A program made the translations under genes and the position numbers. From positions 145,710-209,709 of the forward strand of contig CALIMJ010000006.1 of the NCBI GenBank assembly GCA_938028835.1: 64,000 nt of DNA. The letters run 5' to 3'. Position 1 is the first letter of the stretch; the number at the start of each line of letters is the position of its first letter. This stretch comes from an uncultured bacterium (lineage in GTDB: Bacteria; Sysuimicrobiota; Sysuimicrobiia; Sysuimicrobiales; Sysuimicrobiaceae). This document shows positions 1-10,701 of the stretch, piece after piece. The notes under the pieces were generated by a model that saw only the letters and a list, made by a program, of their open reading frames with translations, had not been told where the DNA came from and did not search any database.

Positions 1-55
1 CCTGGGGGACCCTGCGGCCGCAGGTGTTCGGTCCCCAGCCTGTCCGGACACGCCG

Positions 56-1582
56 TCAGGCTCCGTCGCGGATGCGCCACCGGCTTCCGCCAGGGTAGTC
101 CTCCACGGATACCCCCAGATCCATGAGCTTCTGGCGGATGCGGTCCGCGGTGGCGAAGTCACGCCGCTCCCGGGCGCGCTGCCGGACCTCCAGCACGCGG
201 TCTAGGACCGCTTCCGGCGAGCCCTCCCCGTCCACCTCGCGCAGCGCCTCCTCCTCCTGCAGCAGCCGGCGCAGAGCCGCAGCCAGCGACTCGGGGACGG
301 GTTCGGCAAGCCGCAGCCCCAGCACGCCCGCCAGCTCCCGCAGGCTATCCCTGGCCTCCGCCACCGCGTCCACCGCGTCCTCCGGCTGGCCTGCCTCCGG
401 TTGCCGCTTGGCCAGGGCGTCCGTCAGGCGGTTCACCTCGGAAGCCAGGGCGTGCAGCTGCGCGATGGCGGAGGGCGTGTCGAAGTCGTCGTCCAGGGCG
501 GCGCGGAACGCCGCCCGCAGCCGGGCCACTTCCTCGCTCAGCCGCCGGGCGGCCTCCGAGCTGCGTCCGGACGGTCGGGTGCGGCGCAGCAGGGTTTCCG
601 CCGCCTCCACCGCGGCCCGCAGGTGTGCGGCGCCACGCTCCGCGGCAGCCACCGCTTCCTCCCGCCACGTCATGGGCGTGCGGTAGTGGGAGCTCAGCAG
701 GAACAGCCGGATGGCGTCGGGACGGTAGCGGGCCAGGGCGTCCTGGATCCACACCACGTTCCCGAGGGACCGGGTCATGCGTTCCTCCTGGCCCTCCATC
801 CGCAGGTGCGCGTTGTGCAGCCAGTACTTCACGAAGGGCTTGCCCGTGAAGCACTCGCTCTGGGCGATCTCGTTCTCGTGGTGGGGGAAGATCACGTCCT
901 CCCCTCCCCCGTGGATGTCCAGCTGCTCGCCCAGGTAGCTCATGGACATCGCGGAGCACTCGATGTGCCAGCCCGGACGGCCGGGGCCCCACGGGCTGGG
1001 CCACGAGGGCTCGCCAGGTTTGGCGGCCTTCCACAGGGCGAAGTCCATGGGGTGCTCCTTGCGGGGGTCCACCTCCACCCGGGCTCCCGCCTGCAGCTCC
1101 TCCAGGGAACGGCCCGACAGCTTGCCGTAGTGCGGATCCGAAGTCACCCGGAAGTAGACGTCGCCGTCCACCACGTAGGCGTGCCCCTTCCGCAACAGCC
1201 CCTCCACGATGCGGAGGATCTCCGGGATCGCGTCCGTGGCCCGGGGGTAGTGGTGGGCTCGCAGGACGTGGAGGGCGTCCATCTCCCGGAGGAACCGGTC
1301 GATGTACTCCCGCGCGATGGACTCCAGCGTGCGCCCCTCGCGCTGGGCCCGGGCGATGATCTTGTCCTCGATGTCGGTGAAGTTCTGAACGTGGCGGACC
1401 CGGTACCCGGACCACTCCAGGTGCCGGCGGACCACGTCAAAGAACAGGTAGCTGCGGGCGTGGCCCACGTGGGCCGGACCGTGCAGGTTGACCCCGCACA
1501 CGTACATGCGGACCTCGGGCGGGTTCCACGGCTCGAAGGGCTCCTTGCGCCGGGTCAGGGTGTTGGTCACGTACAACGCCAC
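56..1582 (-). CDS. cysS: Cysteine--tRNA ligase (CysRS)
   Basis: Translation carries the class I HIGH region ([11 protein letters not shown]), '[11 protein letters not shown]' near the N-terminus, 'WHIECSAM' zinc-binding region and a KMSKS-like segment. The ORF track adds about 29 aa upstream that look spurious; the real start is probably the GTG giving '[10 protein letters not shown]'. Confidence 0.9.
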   Translation of the reverse strand: MALYVTNTLTRRKEPFEPWNPPEVRMYVCGVNLHGPAHVGHARSYLFFDVVRRHLEWSGYRVRHVQNFTDIEDKIIARAQREGRTLESIAREYIDRFLREMDALHVLRAHHYPRATDAIPEILRIVEGLLRKGHAYVVDGDVYFRVTSDPHYGKLSGRSLEELQAGARVEVDPRKEHPMDFALWKAAKPGEPSWPSPWGPGRPGWHIECSAMSMSYLGEQLDIHGGGEDVIFPHHENEIAQSECFTGKPFVKYWLHNAHLRMEGQEERMTRSLGNVVWIQDALARYRPDAIRLFLLSSHYRTPMTWREEAVAAAERGAAHLRAAVEAAETLLRRTRPSGRSSEAARRLSEEVARLRAAFRAALDDDFDTPSAIAQLHALASEVNRLTDALAKRQPEAGQPEDAVDAVAEARDSLRELAGVLGLRLAEPVPESLAAALRRLLQEEEALREVDGEGSPEAVLDRVLEVRQRARERRDFATADRIRQKLMDLGVSVEDYPGGSRWRIRDGA

Positions 1583-1607
1583 CGGGCTCCTCCGCCAACC
1601 AGGGACT

Positions 1608-2099
1608 TCACCCCTCCAACGGTTCCACGAGGGCCACCGCCAGGGCCGCCACGCCCTCCCCGCGTCCAAGGGCGCCCAACCCCTCCGGGGTGGTGGCCTT
1701 CAACCCCACTGCGTCCACCTCCACGCCCATGTGCAGGGCCAGGTTCTGCCGCATACGGGGCAAGAAGTCCGCCAGACGCGGCTCCTGCGCCACCACGACG
1801 CAGTCTACCTGCACCACCCGGAAGCCCCGGTCCCGGGCCCGCCGCAGTACCTCGTCCAGCAGGCTGAGGCTGTTCGCGCCCTCGTACCGCGGGTCGTGGG
1901 AGGGGAACACGGTCCCGATGTCCGGGAGGCCGCAGGCGCCCAGCACCGCGTCCATGACCGCGTGGGCCAGGACGTCCGCGTCGCTGTGGCCGCCAAGCCC
2001 GCGGGGGTATGGTACGCTGACCCCGCCGAGCACCAGGGGGCGGCCGTCCGCGAAGGGGTGCACATCGTACCCGATGCCCACCCTCACCCTTCCCGCCAC
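1608..2099 (-). CDS. ispF: 2-C-methyl-D-erythritol 2,4-cyclodiphosphate synthase
   Basis: 163 aa reading 'GIGYDVHPF...LGGHSDADVLAHAV...'. Its start overlaps the ispD stop by about 16 nt, consistent with an ispDF operon. Confidence 0.9.
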   Translation of the reverse strand: MAGRVRVGIGYDVHPFADGRPLVLGGVSVPYPRGLGGHSDADVLAHAVMDAVLGACGLPDIGTVFPSHDPRYEGANSLSLLDEVLRRARDRGFRVVQVDCVVVAQEPRLADFLPRMRQNLALHMGVEVDAVGLKATTPEGLGALGRGEGVAALAVALVEPLEG

Positions 2100-2788
2100 T
2101 GCAGCAGCGCCTCCGCCATCGCCAGATCCTCCGGCGTGGTGATTTTAAGGTTCTCCGGGCTGCCGGCGACCACCGCCACCGGGTGGCCCATCCGTTCCAC
2201 GAGAGTGGCGTCGTCGGTGCCGTAGAAACCCTCCGCCCGCGCCCGGTCGTGCGCCGCCACCAGCACCTCGTAACGGAAGCCCTGAGGGGTCTGCACCGCC
2301 CGCAGCTCGTCCCGGTTGAGGGTCTCCAGCACGCGGTCGCCGTCCACCCGCTTGATGGTGTCCCGCACGGGCACCGCGGGCACCGCGGCTCCGTGCTCTC
2401 GGGCTGCCTCCACGACTCGCTCGATGATCTCGCCGGTGACCAGCGGTCGGGCACCGTCGTGGACCAGGACCAGCTCGCACGGGCCCACAGCCTGGAGCCC
2501 CAGCGCCACCGACTGCTGGCGCTTCAGCCCGCCCGCCACCACCCGGGAGACCTTGCCCAGACCGTACCGGCCCACCAGCTCCCGCACCCGGTCGATGGAG
2601 GCCTCCGTGGCCACCACCACCACCTCGTCCACCAGGGGGCTGTGGTGGAAGGGCAGGATGGACCGCACGATGACGGGCACTTGGTGGAGGGACAGTAACA
2701 CCTTCGGAGTCCCCTGGCTCATGCGCGCGCTGCGCCCCGCCGCGGCGATGATGGCGGCCACCCGTCCCCGTCTGGACCGACCGCTCAC
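2084..2788 (-). CDS. ispD: 2-C-methyl-D-erythritol 4-phosphate cytidylyltransferase
   Basis: 234 aa beginning 'AAIIAAAGRSARM', the IspD nucleotide-binding N-terminus. It lies between the yacL-like gene and ispF as in Firmicutes. Confidence 0.88.
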   Translation of the reverse strand: MSGRSRRGRVAAIIAAAGRSARMSQGTPKVLLSLHQVPVIVRSILPFHHSPLVDEVVVVATEASIDRVRELVGRYGLGKVSRVVAGGLKRQQSVALGLQAVGPCELVLVHDGARPLVTGEIIERVVEAAREHGAAVPAVPVRDTIKRVDGDRVLETLNRDELRAVQTPQGFRYEVLVAAHDRARAEGFYGTDDATLVERMGHPVAVVAGSPENLKITTPEDLAMAEALLQWREG

Positions 2789-3870
2789 CTGGAGGACACC
2801 GCCCCACCCGTGCCGCCGCGCCGCCCCGCGGATTCCTGCTTGGGCCTGGCGAACACCATGCGGCCCGCGGAGGTCTGCAGGACGCTGGTCACCACCGCCT
2901 CCACCGTGGTCCCCACCAGCGTCCTGCCACCTTCCACCACGATCATGGTGCCATCCTCCAGGTAGCCCACGCCCTGGCCCGGTTCCTTGCCCTCCCTCAG
3001 AAGCTGCACGGTCACCTCCTCACCCGGCAGCACCAACGGCCGCAGGGCCGCCGCGAGATCGTTCAGGTTCAACACCCGCACCCCCTGCAGCTGCGCCACC
3101 CGGTTCAGGTTGAAATCCGTGGTGACCACGCTGGCCCGCGCGGCCCGCGCCACCCGCACCACACGCTCGTCTACCTCACCCTCCGGGTCGTCCTCCACGA
3201 TCTGCACGGCCTGCGAGTCCTCCTGAAGGCGGTGCAGCACGTCCAGCCCCCGCCGGCCCCGGGCCCGGCGCAGGGGGTCGGGCGAGTCCGCGATGGCTTG
3301 CAGCTCCCGCAGCACCGACCGCGGCACCAAAAACGGCCCTTCCAGGAACCCCGAACGCACCACGTCTGCGATCCGGCCGTCGATGATGGCGCTGGTGTCC
3401 AGCACCTTGGCGGGACCCCGCGGCCTGCGGCGCTCCAGCAGGCTCGCCACTTCCTCCCGCCGCTGCAGGGCGAACTGCAGGCCCAGGTACCCGAACACCA
3501 CCAGGGCCGCCACCCGCAGGTAGCCGCCGATCACGGGGATCCCGGACAGAAGGTAGCCCACCGCGGTGGCCACCAGCAGGCCCACCAGGGAACCCGCGAG
3601 GGCGATCTCCACGTCCCTCCACGGCACGCGTCCCAGCCGGGCCAGCACCCGGCCCATCAGCCGTACGAACGCCTGCCAGGCAGGCGGCGCGAGGGTCGCT
3701 CCCAGGGCCGCGCCCGCCACCGCGCCCGCCACCTCCGCGCCCACCCGGGGCCAGCCCCCGATGGGCACGAAGGGTGCCAGGGCCACCGCCACCTGGACGC
3801 CCAGGGCCCCGCCCAGCACCGCGCCGGCCCAGGCAGCGGCACGCCGCGCTGTCCGTCCCTCGGTACTCAC
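2785..3870 (-). CDS. yacL: PIN/TRAM domain membrane protein (YacL-like)
   Basis: N-terminal hydrophobic helices, a PIN-like block ('KVLDTSAIIDGRI...VVTTDFNLNRVAQLQGVRVLNLNDLA') and a C-terminal TRAM-like block ('GEEVTVQLLREGKEPGQGVGYLEDGTMIVVEGG'). The radA - yacL - ispD position is the conserved Firmicutes one. The 538-aa ORF N-extension is treated as spurious. Confidence 0.75.
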   Translation of the reverse strand: MSTEGRTARRAAAWAGAVLGGALGVQVAVALAPFVPIGGWPRVGAEVAGAVAGAALGATLAPPAWQAFVRLMGRVLARLGRVPWRDVEIALAGSLVGLLVATAVGYLLSGIPVIGGYLRVAALVVFGYLGLQFALQRREEVASLLERRRPRGPAKVLDTSAIIDGRIADVVRSGFLEGPFLVPRSVLRELQAIADSPDPLRRARGRRGLDVLHRLQEDSQAVQIVEDDPEGEVDERVVRVARAARASVVTTDFNLNRVAQLQGVRVLNLNDLAAALRPLVLPGEEVTVQLLREGKEPGQGVGYLEDGTMIVVEGGRTLVGTTVEAVVTSVLQTSAGRMVFARPKQESAGRRGGTGGAVSSR

Positions 3871-3926
3871 TTCGAGCCCAGTATAAGCTGGCCCCCGTCC
3901 GGTGTCCGCGGGACGGAACCGACCAG

Positions 3927-5263
3927 CTACCGCCAAGGCGCTAGCTCCAGGGCTTCCACCACCGTCCCCACCGGTACCACCTCCAGCCCCGAACCGTCCG
4001 GGATCCCGCCCCGCGGCACGAAGGCGCGCTCGAACCCGAGCTTGCGCGCCTCTGCCAGCCGGCGGCCCAGCTGCGGGACCGGACGCACCTCGCCCGCCAG
4101 CCCCAGCTCCCCGCAGAACACGGTCCGGCCGTCGAGGGCCAGGGTGCGGTAGGATGAGGCGAGGGCTAGGGCGATCCCCAGGTCGGCGGCCGGTTCTTCC
4201 ACCCTCACCCCACCCGCGGCGTTCGCGTACACGTCCGCCTGGGAGAAGGCGAAGCCCGCGTGCTTTTCCAGCACCGCCACCAGCAGCAGCAGCCGGTTGT
4301 AGTCCACCCCCGACGTGGCGCGCCGGGGCGTGCCGAAGGCCGAAGGAGCCACCAGCGCCTGAACCTCCACCAGCAGGGGTCGGCTGCCCTCCAGGGTGCA
4401 CACCACTGCCGCCCCCGCCGCACCCGGAGGACGCTCACCCAGAAACGCCGCGGACGGGTTCGGCACTTCCACCAGGCCAGCCGGTCCCATCTCGAACACG
4501 CCGATCTCGTTGGTGGAGCCAAACCGGTTCTTGGTAGCGCGCAGGATCCGGTACGCCTGGTGGCGCTCGCCCTCGAAGTACAGCACCGTGTCCACCAGGT
4601 GCTCCAGCACCTTCGGGCCCGCCAGCATCCCCTCCTTCGTCACGTGGCCCACCAGCAGCACCGCGGTCCCCTCGGACTTCGCCAGCTGCAGGAGCGCCGC
4701 CGCGCACTCCCGCACCTGGCCCACGCTGCCCGGTGCGCTGGGCACGTCAGGCCGGTACACCGTCTGGATGCTGTCCACCACCACCAGGGCCGGATGCAGC
4801 TCGCGCACGGAACCCAGCACCGCGTCCAGATCGGTTTCCGCTACCACCCACACGCCCGGCGACACCGCGCCCAGACGCTCCGCCCGCATGCGGGTCTGCT
4901 GTGCGGACTCTTCGCCCGCCACGTACAGCACCCCGCGGCCGGCCTCGGCCAGCCGGAACGCCACCTGCAGGGCCAGGGTGCTCTTCCCGATCCCCGGATC
5001 GCCGCCTACCAGGACGAGGGATCCCGGGACGAACCCTCCTCCCAGCACGCGGTCCAGTTCCCCGAGCCCGGTGGGCCAACGGTCCTCCGGCAGAGGGGAA
5101 ACCTCGGGAAGCGGTATGGGCTTCGCGGTGCGGGACGCCGCAGGCCTGCGGGGGACGCCCGCTTCCTCCACCAGGCTGTTCCACGCGTCGCAGTTCGGGC
5201 ACCGGCCCAGCCACCGCGGCGAGCGGTACCCGCACGACTGGCAGACGTACTCCACCCTCACGC
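3927..5263 (-). CDS. radA: DNA repair protein RadA (Sms)
   Basis: Zinc ribbon 'CQSCGYRSPRWLGRCPNCDAWNS', Walker A 'GDPGIGKST', a RadA KNRFG-like motif ('ATKNRFGSTNEIGVFEM') and a Lon-protease-like C-terminus. Probable GTG start at about 5261. Confidence 0.9.
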
Positions 5264-7943
5264 CCCCCTCCGCCTCCTCCCCCGCAGCTCCGCCGCCTCC
5301 ACCACCGCGGCCGCCACAAGCCCGGGAACCAGGCAGGCGGCCACCTCCACACCCCCCAGGGGGTACGTCCGGAAGTAGGGCCGAACCGCCGGGATGTAGA
5401 TCACCGCGGCTAGCAGGACCGCACCCAGGGCCACGGAGGCGGCCAGGACCGGGTTGCGGGATCCAGGCCGCCACATGGGTTTGGACGTGCGGATCGCGTA
5501 CACGTTGAAGAACTGCGCCGCCCCCAGCGCCAAGAACACCATGGTCTGCCAGCCCGGGTGGCCCCGGTTCAGGAAGAGGGCGCCAAGCGTCAGGGTGGTA
5601 GCGCCCATCAGCAGCCCCACCGCCACCACCTGCCGCAGCTGGCCCGCGGCCAGCAGGGGCTCGTCGCGGCGACGCGGGGGTCTACGCATGACGTCCTCCT
5701 CCGGAGGCTCCACGCCGAGGGCCAGGGCGGGCGGCCCGTCGGTAACCAGGTTGATCCACAACACCTGCAGCGGGTAGAGGGGGAACGGCAGCCCCCCCAC
5801 GAGAGCCCCCAGCACCGTCCACAGCTCCGCCACGTTGGTGGTGAACAGGTAGCGGACGAACTTCCGCACGTTGTCGAACACCACACGCCCCTCTTCCACC
5901 GCGGCCACCACGGTGGCGAAGTGATCATCCAGGAGCACCACCGCGGAGGCCTCCTTCGCCACTTCCGTGCCGCTCCCCATGGCCACCCCTACCTCCGCAC
6001 GGCGCAGGGCGGGACCGTCGTTCACCCCGTCTCCGGTGACCGCCACCACCTCCCCTTGTGATTGCAGCGCCTGCACCAGCAGCAGCTTGTGCTCCGGCAC
6101 GACCCGTGCGAACACCGACACGTCCCGCACCACCCGCCCCAGCTGGTCCCCGGAGAGGGCCTCCAGCTCCGGACCTGTCACGACCCTGGCCCCGGGGGAG
6201 TCCACGATGCCCGCCTGCCGAGCCACCGCTAGAGCTGTGGTGGGGTGGTCGCCGGTGACCAGGACCACCCGGATGCCCGCCCGCCGGCTACGTGCCACAG
6301 CCTCCGGCACCTCCGGTCGCAGGGGGTCCGCCAGCGCCGCCAGCCCCACCAGGACCAGCTCCTGCTCGGCCTCCTCCTCACCGGACGGCAACGTCGCACA
6401 GAACCGGCACGCGAGGGTCAGGACCCGGAAGCCACCCCGCGCCATCTCCTCCACCCGTTCCTCCACCTCCCCGCGCCGAGCCCCGCCCAACGGCTCCGCA
6501 GCGCCCTCCACCCAAACCCGCGTGCACCGCGGCAGCACCGCCTCGGGAGCCCCCTTCACCAGCACCACGTATCCAGCGCCGCCCCCTTCCCTCAGCCGGT
6601 CCGGATGGGTCACCTCGTGCACCGTGGTCATGCGCTTCCGCGCGCTGTCGAAGGGCCACTCGCCCCGCCGCGGGAGCACCACCTCCCACTCGGGCCTGCG
6701 AAAACCCCACCCGGAGGCCGCGCGGGCCAGAGCCGCATCCACAGGATCCCCCGTGGTCCGTCCGTCCTCGCTTACTTCCGCGTCGCCACACAGACAGGCC
6801 ACCAGGGCCGCCAGGCGCGCGCTCTGCGGCAGCGGGTCGGGCGGCTCTACCGACCCTCCCGGCGTCCACAGCTGCACGAGCCGCAGACGGTTCTCCGTGA
6901 CGGTACCGGTCTTGTCGGTGCAGATGACGGTGACGCTGCCGAGGGTCTCCACCGCGGACAGCCTCCGGATCAGGACCCGCCGGCGGAGCATTCGCTGCGC
7001 CCCCAAGCTCAAGGCCACGGTCAGCACCGCGGGCAGCCCCTCGGGGACCGCGGCCACCGCCAGGCTCACCGCCATCAGCCACACCTGCCCGGGGTCCTCG
7101 CCCCGCACGAAGCCCAATGCCGCCACCGCCAGCACCACGGCTCCCGCGGCCCCTGCGAGGGTGCGGGCGAGGTGCTCGAGCCTGCGCTGCAGCGGCGTCG
7201 CCTCGGGTCGGGTGACGGCCACCAGGCCGGCGATCCGGCCCAGCTCCGTGGCCGGTCCCGTGGCGGTCACCACCGCCACGGCCCGGCCTGCGGTGACCAC
7301 GGTCCCCGCGTACACCATGGTGGACCGGTCCGGCAGCGGAACCCGCTCCGTCAGCCGGGCGCGGGCGTCCTTGTCCACCGGGACAGATTCGCCCGTCAGC
7401 GTGGACTCGTCCACCCGCAACCCCACGGCCTCCACCAGTCGGCCGTCCGCCGGCACACGGTCTCCCGCCTCCAGCAGAACCAGGTCTCCTGGGACCAGCT
7501 CCCTGCTGGTCACTTCCCTGACCTGGCCCGCCCGCCTGACCCGAGCCCGGGGCAATACCAGCCGCCGGAGGGCGGACATCGCGCGCTCCGCCCGGTACTC
7601 CTGTACGAAACCCAGGGCGGCGTTCAGGACGACCACCGCGCCCACCGCGGCGGCCTCCTTGGTGTTGCCCAGGAGCAGGGAAACCGCCGCGGCAGCGAGA
7701 AGAACCAGCACGAGCGCACTTTGGAACTGCGCCCACAGCACCCGCAACGGGCTCGGGCCGGCAGCCTCGGGCAATGCGTTGGGCCCCAGGGAGTGGGCGC
7801 GCCGGCTGGCTTCGGCGGGGCTGAGGCCCTGCTTCAGGTCGGTGCCCAGCCGCACGGCAACTTCCTCCGGCGGAAGAGCGTGCCAGGGTACCTCTGCGGG
7901 CGCGGTGCGAGCGTCTGGGCCCGGTCCTCGCACGTTCACCATG
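5258..7943 (-). CDS. Cation-transporting P-type ATPase (Ca2+/P2-type)
   Basis: Phosphorylation motif '[11 protein letters not shown]', 'TGDHPTTA', '[14 protein letters not shown]' and ten predicted TM helices. The real start is 'MVNVRGPG...' at about 7943; the 1113-aa ORF extension is spurious. Confidence 0.88.
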
Positions 7944-7994
7944 GTACCGTGGTCGCGCAGTCTCCGGGTCCGGTGCCGAAAGGAGGAACAGGTG

Positions 7995-8876
7995 GAGCGT
8001 AAGGTCCAGCGCATTCTGGCGCCCACGGATTTCTCGCCTGCCTCGGAGACCTCCGCCCGGTGGGCCACCTGGCTGGCAGGGCGCTTCGGTGCCACCGTCA
8101 CCTTCCTGCACGCCCTGGAGCCGGAGTGGTGGGCGCTCCCGGGGGAGCTGGTATCGCGGGCGCCCGGCGCCCGGGAGCTCCAGCAAGCTGCCGGGCGCTG
8201 GGCAGCAGAGGAACTGGACCGATGGGCCCAGCGGTTCGGGGGCGGTGAGACCGTGGTGCTGGAGGGCTCGCCCCGCGAGGCGATCCCGCGGGCCTGCCAC
8301 GAGCTGAAAGCTGACCTGGTGTGTGTGGGGACCCACGGGCGCACCGGCGTGGCGCGCGTAGTTTTCGGGAGCGTGGCCGAACAGGTGGCCCGCACCAGTC
8401 CGGTGCCGGTCCTCACGGTGCGGCCGGGGCGTGAGCCCCGCGTGCACCGGGTGCTGGCCGCCACGGACTTCTCCCCGCCCGCCCTTGAGGCGGTGGAGTG
8501 GGCACGGACGGTGGCGGGCGCCTGCGGTGCCGAACTGATCCTCCTGCACGTCGTGGAGCTGGACCCGGAAACCTTCGCCACAGTCCCCAAGGAGATCATG
8601 GCCCCCGCGGTGGGCGAGCGGATCCGTGACTACCTGGTAGAGCGGGCGACCCGGAGGCTGCGGGCCCAAGCCCGGGAGGGCGAACGCACGGAGGTACGCC
8701 TGGGAGCCGCGGGCAACGCGGTGGTGAGGGCCGCAGAGGAGCTCCATGCCGACCTGGTCTGTACGGGCACCCGCGGGCAGACCGGCGTTGCCCACGTGTT
8801 GCTCGGCAGCGTGGCAGAGTGCGTGCTGCAGCGCAGCCCGGTCCCCGTGCTGATCTGCCACGCCCCACCCCGGTAG
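7995..8876 (+). CDS. Tandem universal stress protein (UspA family, two domains)
   Basis: Two repeats of 'ILAxTDFSP...VCxGTxGxTGVAxVxxGSVAExV...PVPVL'. An 'aaaggagga' RBS sits about 8 nt upstream of the GTG at 7995. The gene is divergent from the P-type ATPase with about 50 nt between the starts. Confidence 0.85.
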   Translation, partial: ERKVQRILAPTDFSPASETSARWATWLAGRFGATVTFLHALEPEWWALPGELVSRAPGARELQQAAGRWAAEELDRWAQRFGGGETVVLEGSPREAIPRACHELKADLVCVGTHGRTGVARVVFGSVAEQVARTSPVPVLTVRPGREPRVHRVLAATDFSPPALEAVEWARTVAGACGAELILLHVVELDPETFATVPKEIMAPAVGERIRDYLVERATRRLRAQAREGERTEVRLGAAGNAVVRAAEELHADLVCTGTRGQTGVAHVLLGSVAECVLQRSPVPVLICHAPPR

Positions 8877-8924
8877 GACGCGACCCGACCCGAAGCCGCT
8901 CTGCGGATGCGGGGCCCGAGTGCC

Positions 8925-9245
8925 TCAGCCCCTCCGGACCTCCCACAGGCCCGGGAGGTGCGCCACGCGAGCCCAGCCCTCGCCCCGACGCACGGGCTCT
9001 ACCTTCAGGCCGTCGAAGTAGCGGTCCAGCACCGCCTCCCGCTCCATGGCCAGCGGAGGGCTGCAGTAGTCCTCCTCCTCCCAAACCGCCTCCCCCGTGG
9101 CGGGGTCCAGCTTGGCGCCTTCCAGGGCTTTCGTGAGCGCCCGGCCGAACGGCCGCATCGGCAGGAACTCCCCGGCGGACAGCCTGCGCGCCAGCTCCGC
9201 CATCCGTCCTTCTCGGGGCCTCGCCCGAACCAGGTAGTACGCCAC
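8925..9245 (-). CDS. Hypothetical small protein (106 aa)
   Basis: ORF convergent with the USP gene. No recognisable motif. It keeps its frame across a region where most other frames are also open, so coding status is uncertain. Confidence 0.35.
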   Translation of the reverse strand: MAYYLVRARPREGRMAELARRLSAGEFLPMRPFGRALTKALEGAKLDPATGEAVWEEEDYCSPPLAMEREAVLDRYFDGLKVEPVRRGEGWARVAHLPGLWEVRRG

Positions 9246-9357
9246 GCTCTCACCCCCGCTTGGGGGGGGTTCGACACCCGTGGGCCTTCGCCTTCGCGAA
9301 GGCGGGAGGGAGGACCCGGGACAGCCCTGAACTGAACCGGGGAAGGAGGGCTGGGCA

Positions 9358-10308
9358 GTGCAGGAACTGGTTCAGCTGGCAGAAGGGTGCGGGTACCTGC
9401 CTGGTGGGGTCCAGGCGGGCGTGCTGTGGGCCCCGGACGGCCGTGCGGTGGCGGTGGACACGGGAGGAGACCGGGAGGCGGGCCGCAACCTGCTCCGGGC
9501 GGTGCAGGCACGGGGGCTGCGGCTGGCGGCGGTGGTGAACACTCACTCCCACGCGGACCACTACGGCGGCAACGACTACCTGTTGCGGCAGGTGCCACAC
9601 CTGGAGGTGTGGGCGCCGGTCTTCGAGGAGGCGGTGCTGCGCAACCCCTACCTGGAGCCCTTCTACCTCTACGGCGCGCGTCCGCCCGAGGCGCTCCAGA
9701 ACAAGTGGCTCATGGCCAGGCCCTCCGCGGTCCACCACGTGTACCCGACCGAGGACGGCGAGCTCCAGGTGGCCGGTCTCGTGCTGCGGGTACACCGGGC
9801 AGACGGGCACGCCACCCGCCAGGCGGCGGTGGGCTTCGGGCCCGTGTGCTACGCCGCGGACAGCTTCTTCGGCCCGGAGGTGCTGGAGAAGTACGAGATC
9901 CCCTTCACCCACGACGTGGCGGGTCAGTTGGACACCCTCCAACGCCTGCGCGGCTGGCCGTACGAGTGGTTCGTACCGGGCCACGGGGCGCCCGTCCCGC
10001 GTCCGGACCTTCCCGCGGTGCTGGACGCCAACGTCCGGGCGGTCCGGCAGGCCACAGAACGGGTGCGCCGGGCGGTTGGGTCCGGCGCGACCTCGGACGA
10101 GGTGGTCCACCGGGTGGCCGCACAGCTCCGCGCGCCGCCCACCAACCCGTCCACCTACTTCCTGCTGCGCGCCACGGTGATGGCCCACCTGACCTACCTG
10201 TTGGAGGCAGGAGAGCTGAACTGGGCCCTGGACAGGGGCGCGCTGCGCTGGCTTCCCGCGGCGGATTCGCCCACCCGCGCAACCGCGGGCGACAGCCCCG
10301 CCCGCTAG
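9358..10308 (+). CDS. MBL-fold metallo-hydrolase
   Basis: The metallo-beta-lactamase motif 'NTHSHADHYGG' and downstream His/Asp ligands are present. GTG start. Confidence 0.8.
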   Translation: MQELVQLAEGCGYLPGGVQAGVLWAPDGRAVAVDTGGDREAGRNLLRAVQARGLRLAAVVNTHSHADHYGGNDYLLRQVPHLEVWAPVFEEAVLRNPYLEPFYLYGARPPEALQNKWLMARPSAVHHVYPTEDGELQVAGLVLRVHRADGHATRQAAVGFGPVCYAADSFFGPEVLEKYEIPFTHDVAGQLDTLQRLRGWPYEWFVPGHGAPVPRPDLPAVLDANVRAVRQATERVRRAVGSGATSDEVVHRVAAQLRAPPTNPSTYFLLRATVMAHLTYLLEAGELNWALDRGALRWLPAADSPTRATAGDSPAR

Positions 10309-10312
10309 CCCG

Positions 10313-10348
10313 TCTTTGACAGCGGGGGCGCGGCGTGATACGCTCGGC
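10313..10348 (+). promoter_or_regulatory. Candidate sigma-A-type promoter of cspA (TTGACA-N17-TACGCT)
   Basis: 'tTTGACAgcgggggcgcggcgtgaTACGCT' lies about 60 nt upstream of the cspA ATG. The same hexamer pair recurs upstream of amt. Confidence 0.4.
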
Positions 10349-10409
10349 CGGAGCCCTCGCCCGGGCGGGAAGCTCAAAAATCTACGGCAAGGCCGAAAGG
10401 AGCAAGGGA

Positions 10410-10610
10410 ATGGCAGTCGGCACGGTCAAGTGGTTCAATGCGGAGAAGGGCTACGGCTTCATCTCCGTAGACGGCGGCAAGGATGTGTTCGTCCACTACA
10501 CCGCCATCAGCATGGACGGCTACCGCACCCTCCAGGAGGGTCAGCGGGTGCAGTTCGACATCGTGGACGGCCGGAAGGGTCCGCAGGCGGCGAACGTCAA
10601 GCCGCTGTAG
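10410..10610 (+). CDS. cspA: Cold-shock protein (CspA family)
   Basis: '[33 protein letters not shown]...' contains the RNP1/RNP2 motifs of a cold-shock domain. RBS 'aaaggagcaaggg'. About 100 nt of leader, typical of csp genes. Confidence 0.92.
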   Translation: MAVGTVKWFNAEKGYGFISVDGGKDVFVHYTAISMDGYRTLQEGQRVQFDIVDGRKGPQAANVKPL

Positions 10611-10625
10611 GCCCGACGGATTCCG

Positions 10626-10666
10626 AGGTGCGCGGGGGCCCCGGACCGGGGCCCCCGCCTTCTCCG
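10626..10666 (+). terminator. Rho-independent terminator after cspA
   Basis: A GC-rich perfect hairpin 'gcgggggccccgg-acc-ggggcccccgc' is followed by 'cTTcTcc'. Confidence 0.6.
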
Positions 10667-10701
10667 GCGCGCAGGGAACGGCGTTCTGCCGCGCAGCCCT
10701 C

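Noticed and set aside
20-31. Perfect 12-bp palindrome CTGCGGCCGCAG downstream of cysS at the window start
   Set aside because: It contains a NotI-like site and is GC-only. No adjacent T-tract is present for a terminator. It is too close to the window edge to interpret, and 6-bp-half palindromes are expected by chance at this GC content.
401-1867. Long alternate-frame and antisense ORFs shadowing real genes, with no recognisable protein features
   Set aside because: Many such long ORFs shadow real genes; this one shadows cysS. Others include 345..1415 (-), 6378..8861 (-), 6245..8002 (+), 18344..19822 (-), 22542..23636 (-), 39724..41982 (+), 38150..39727 (+) and 30960..32708 (-). At about 70% GC stop codons are rare in all frames. 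These ORFs are low-complexity, Arg/Pro/Gly-rich, and overlap well-supported genes in the antisense or offset frame.
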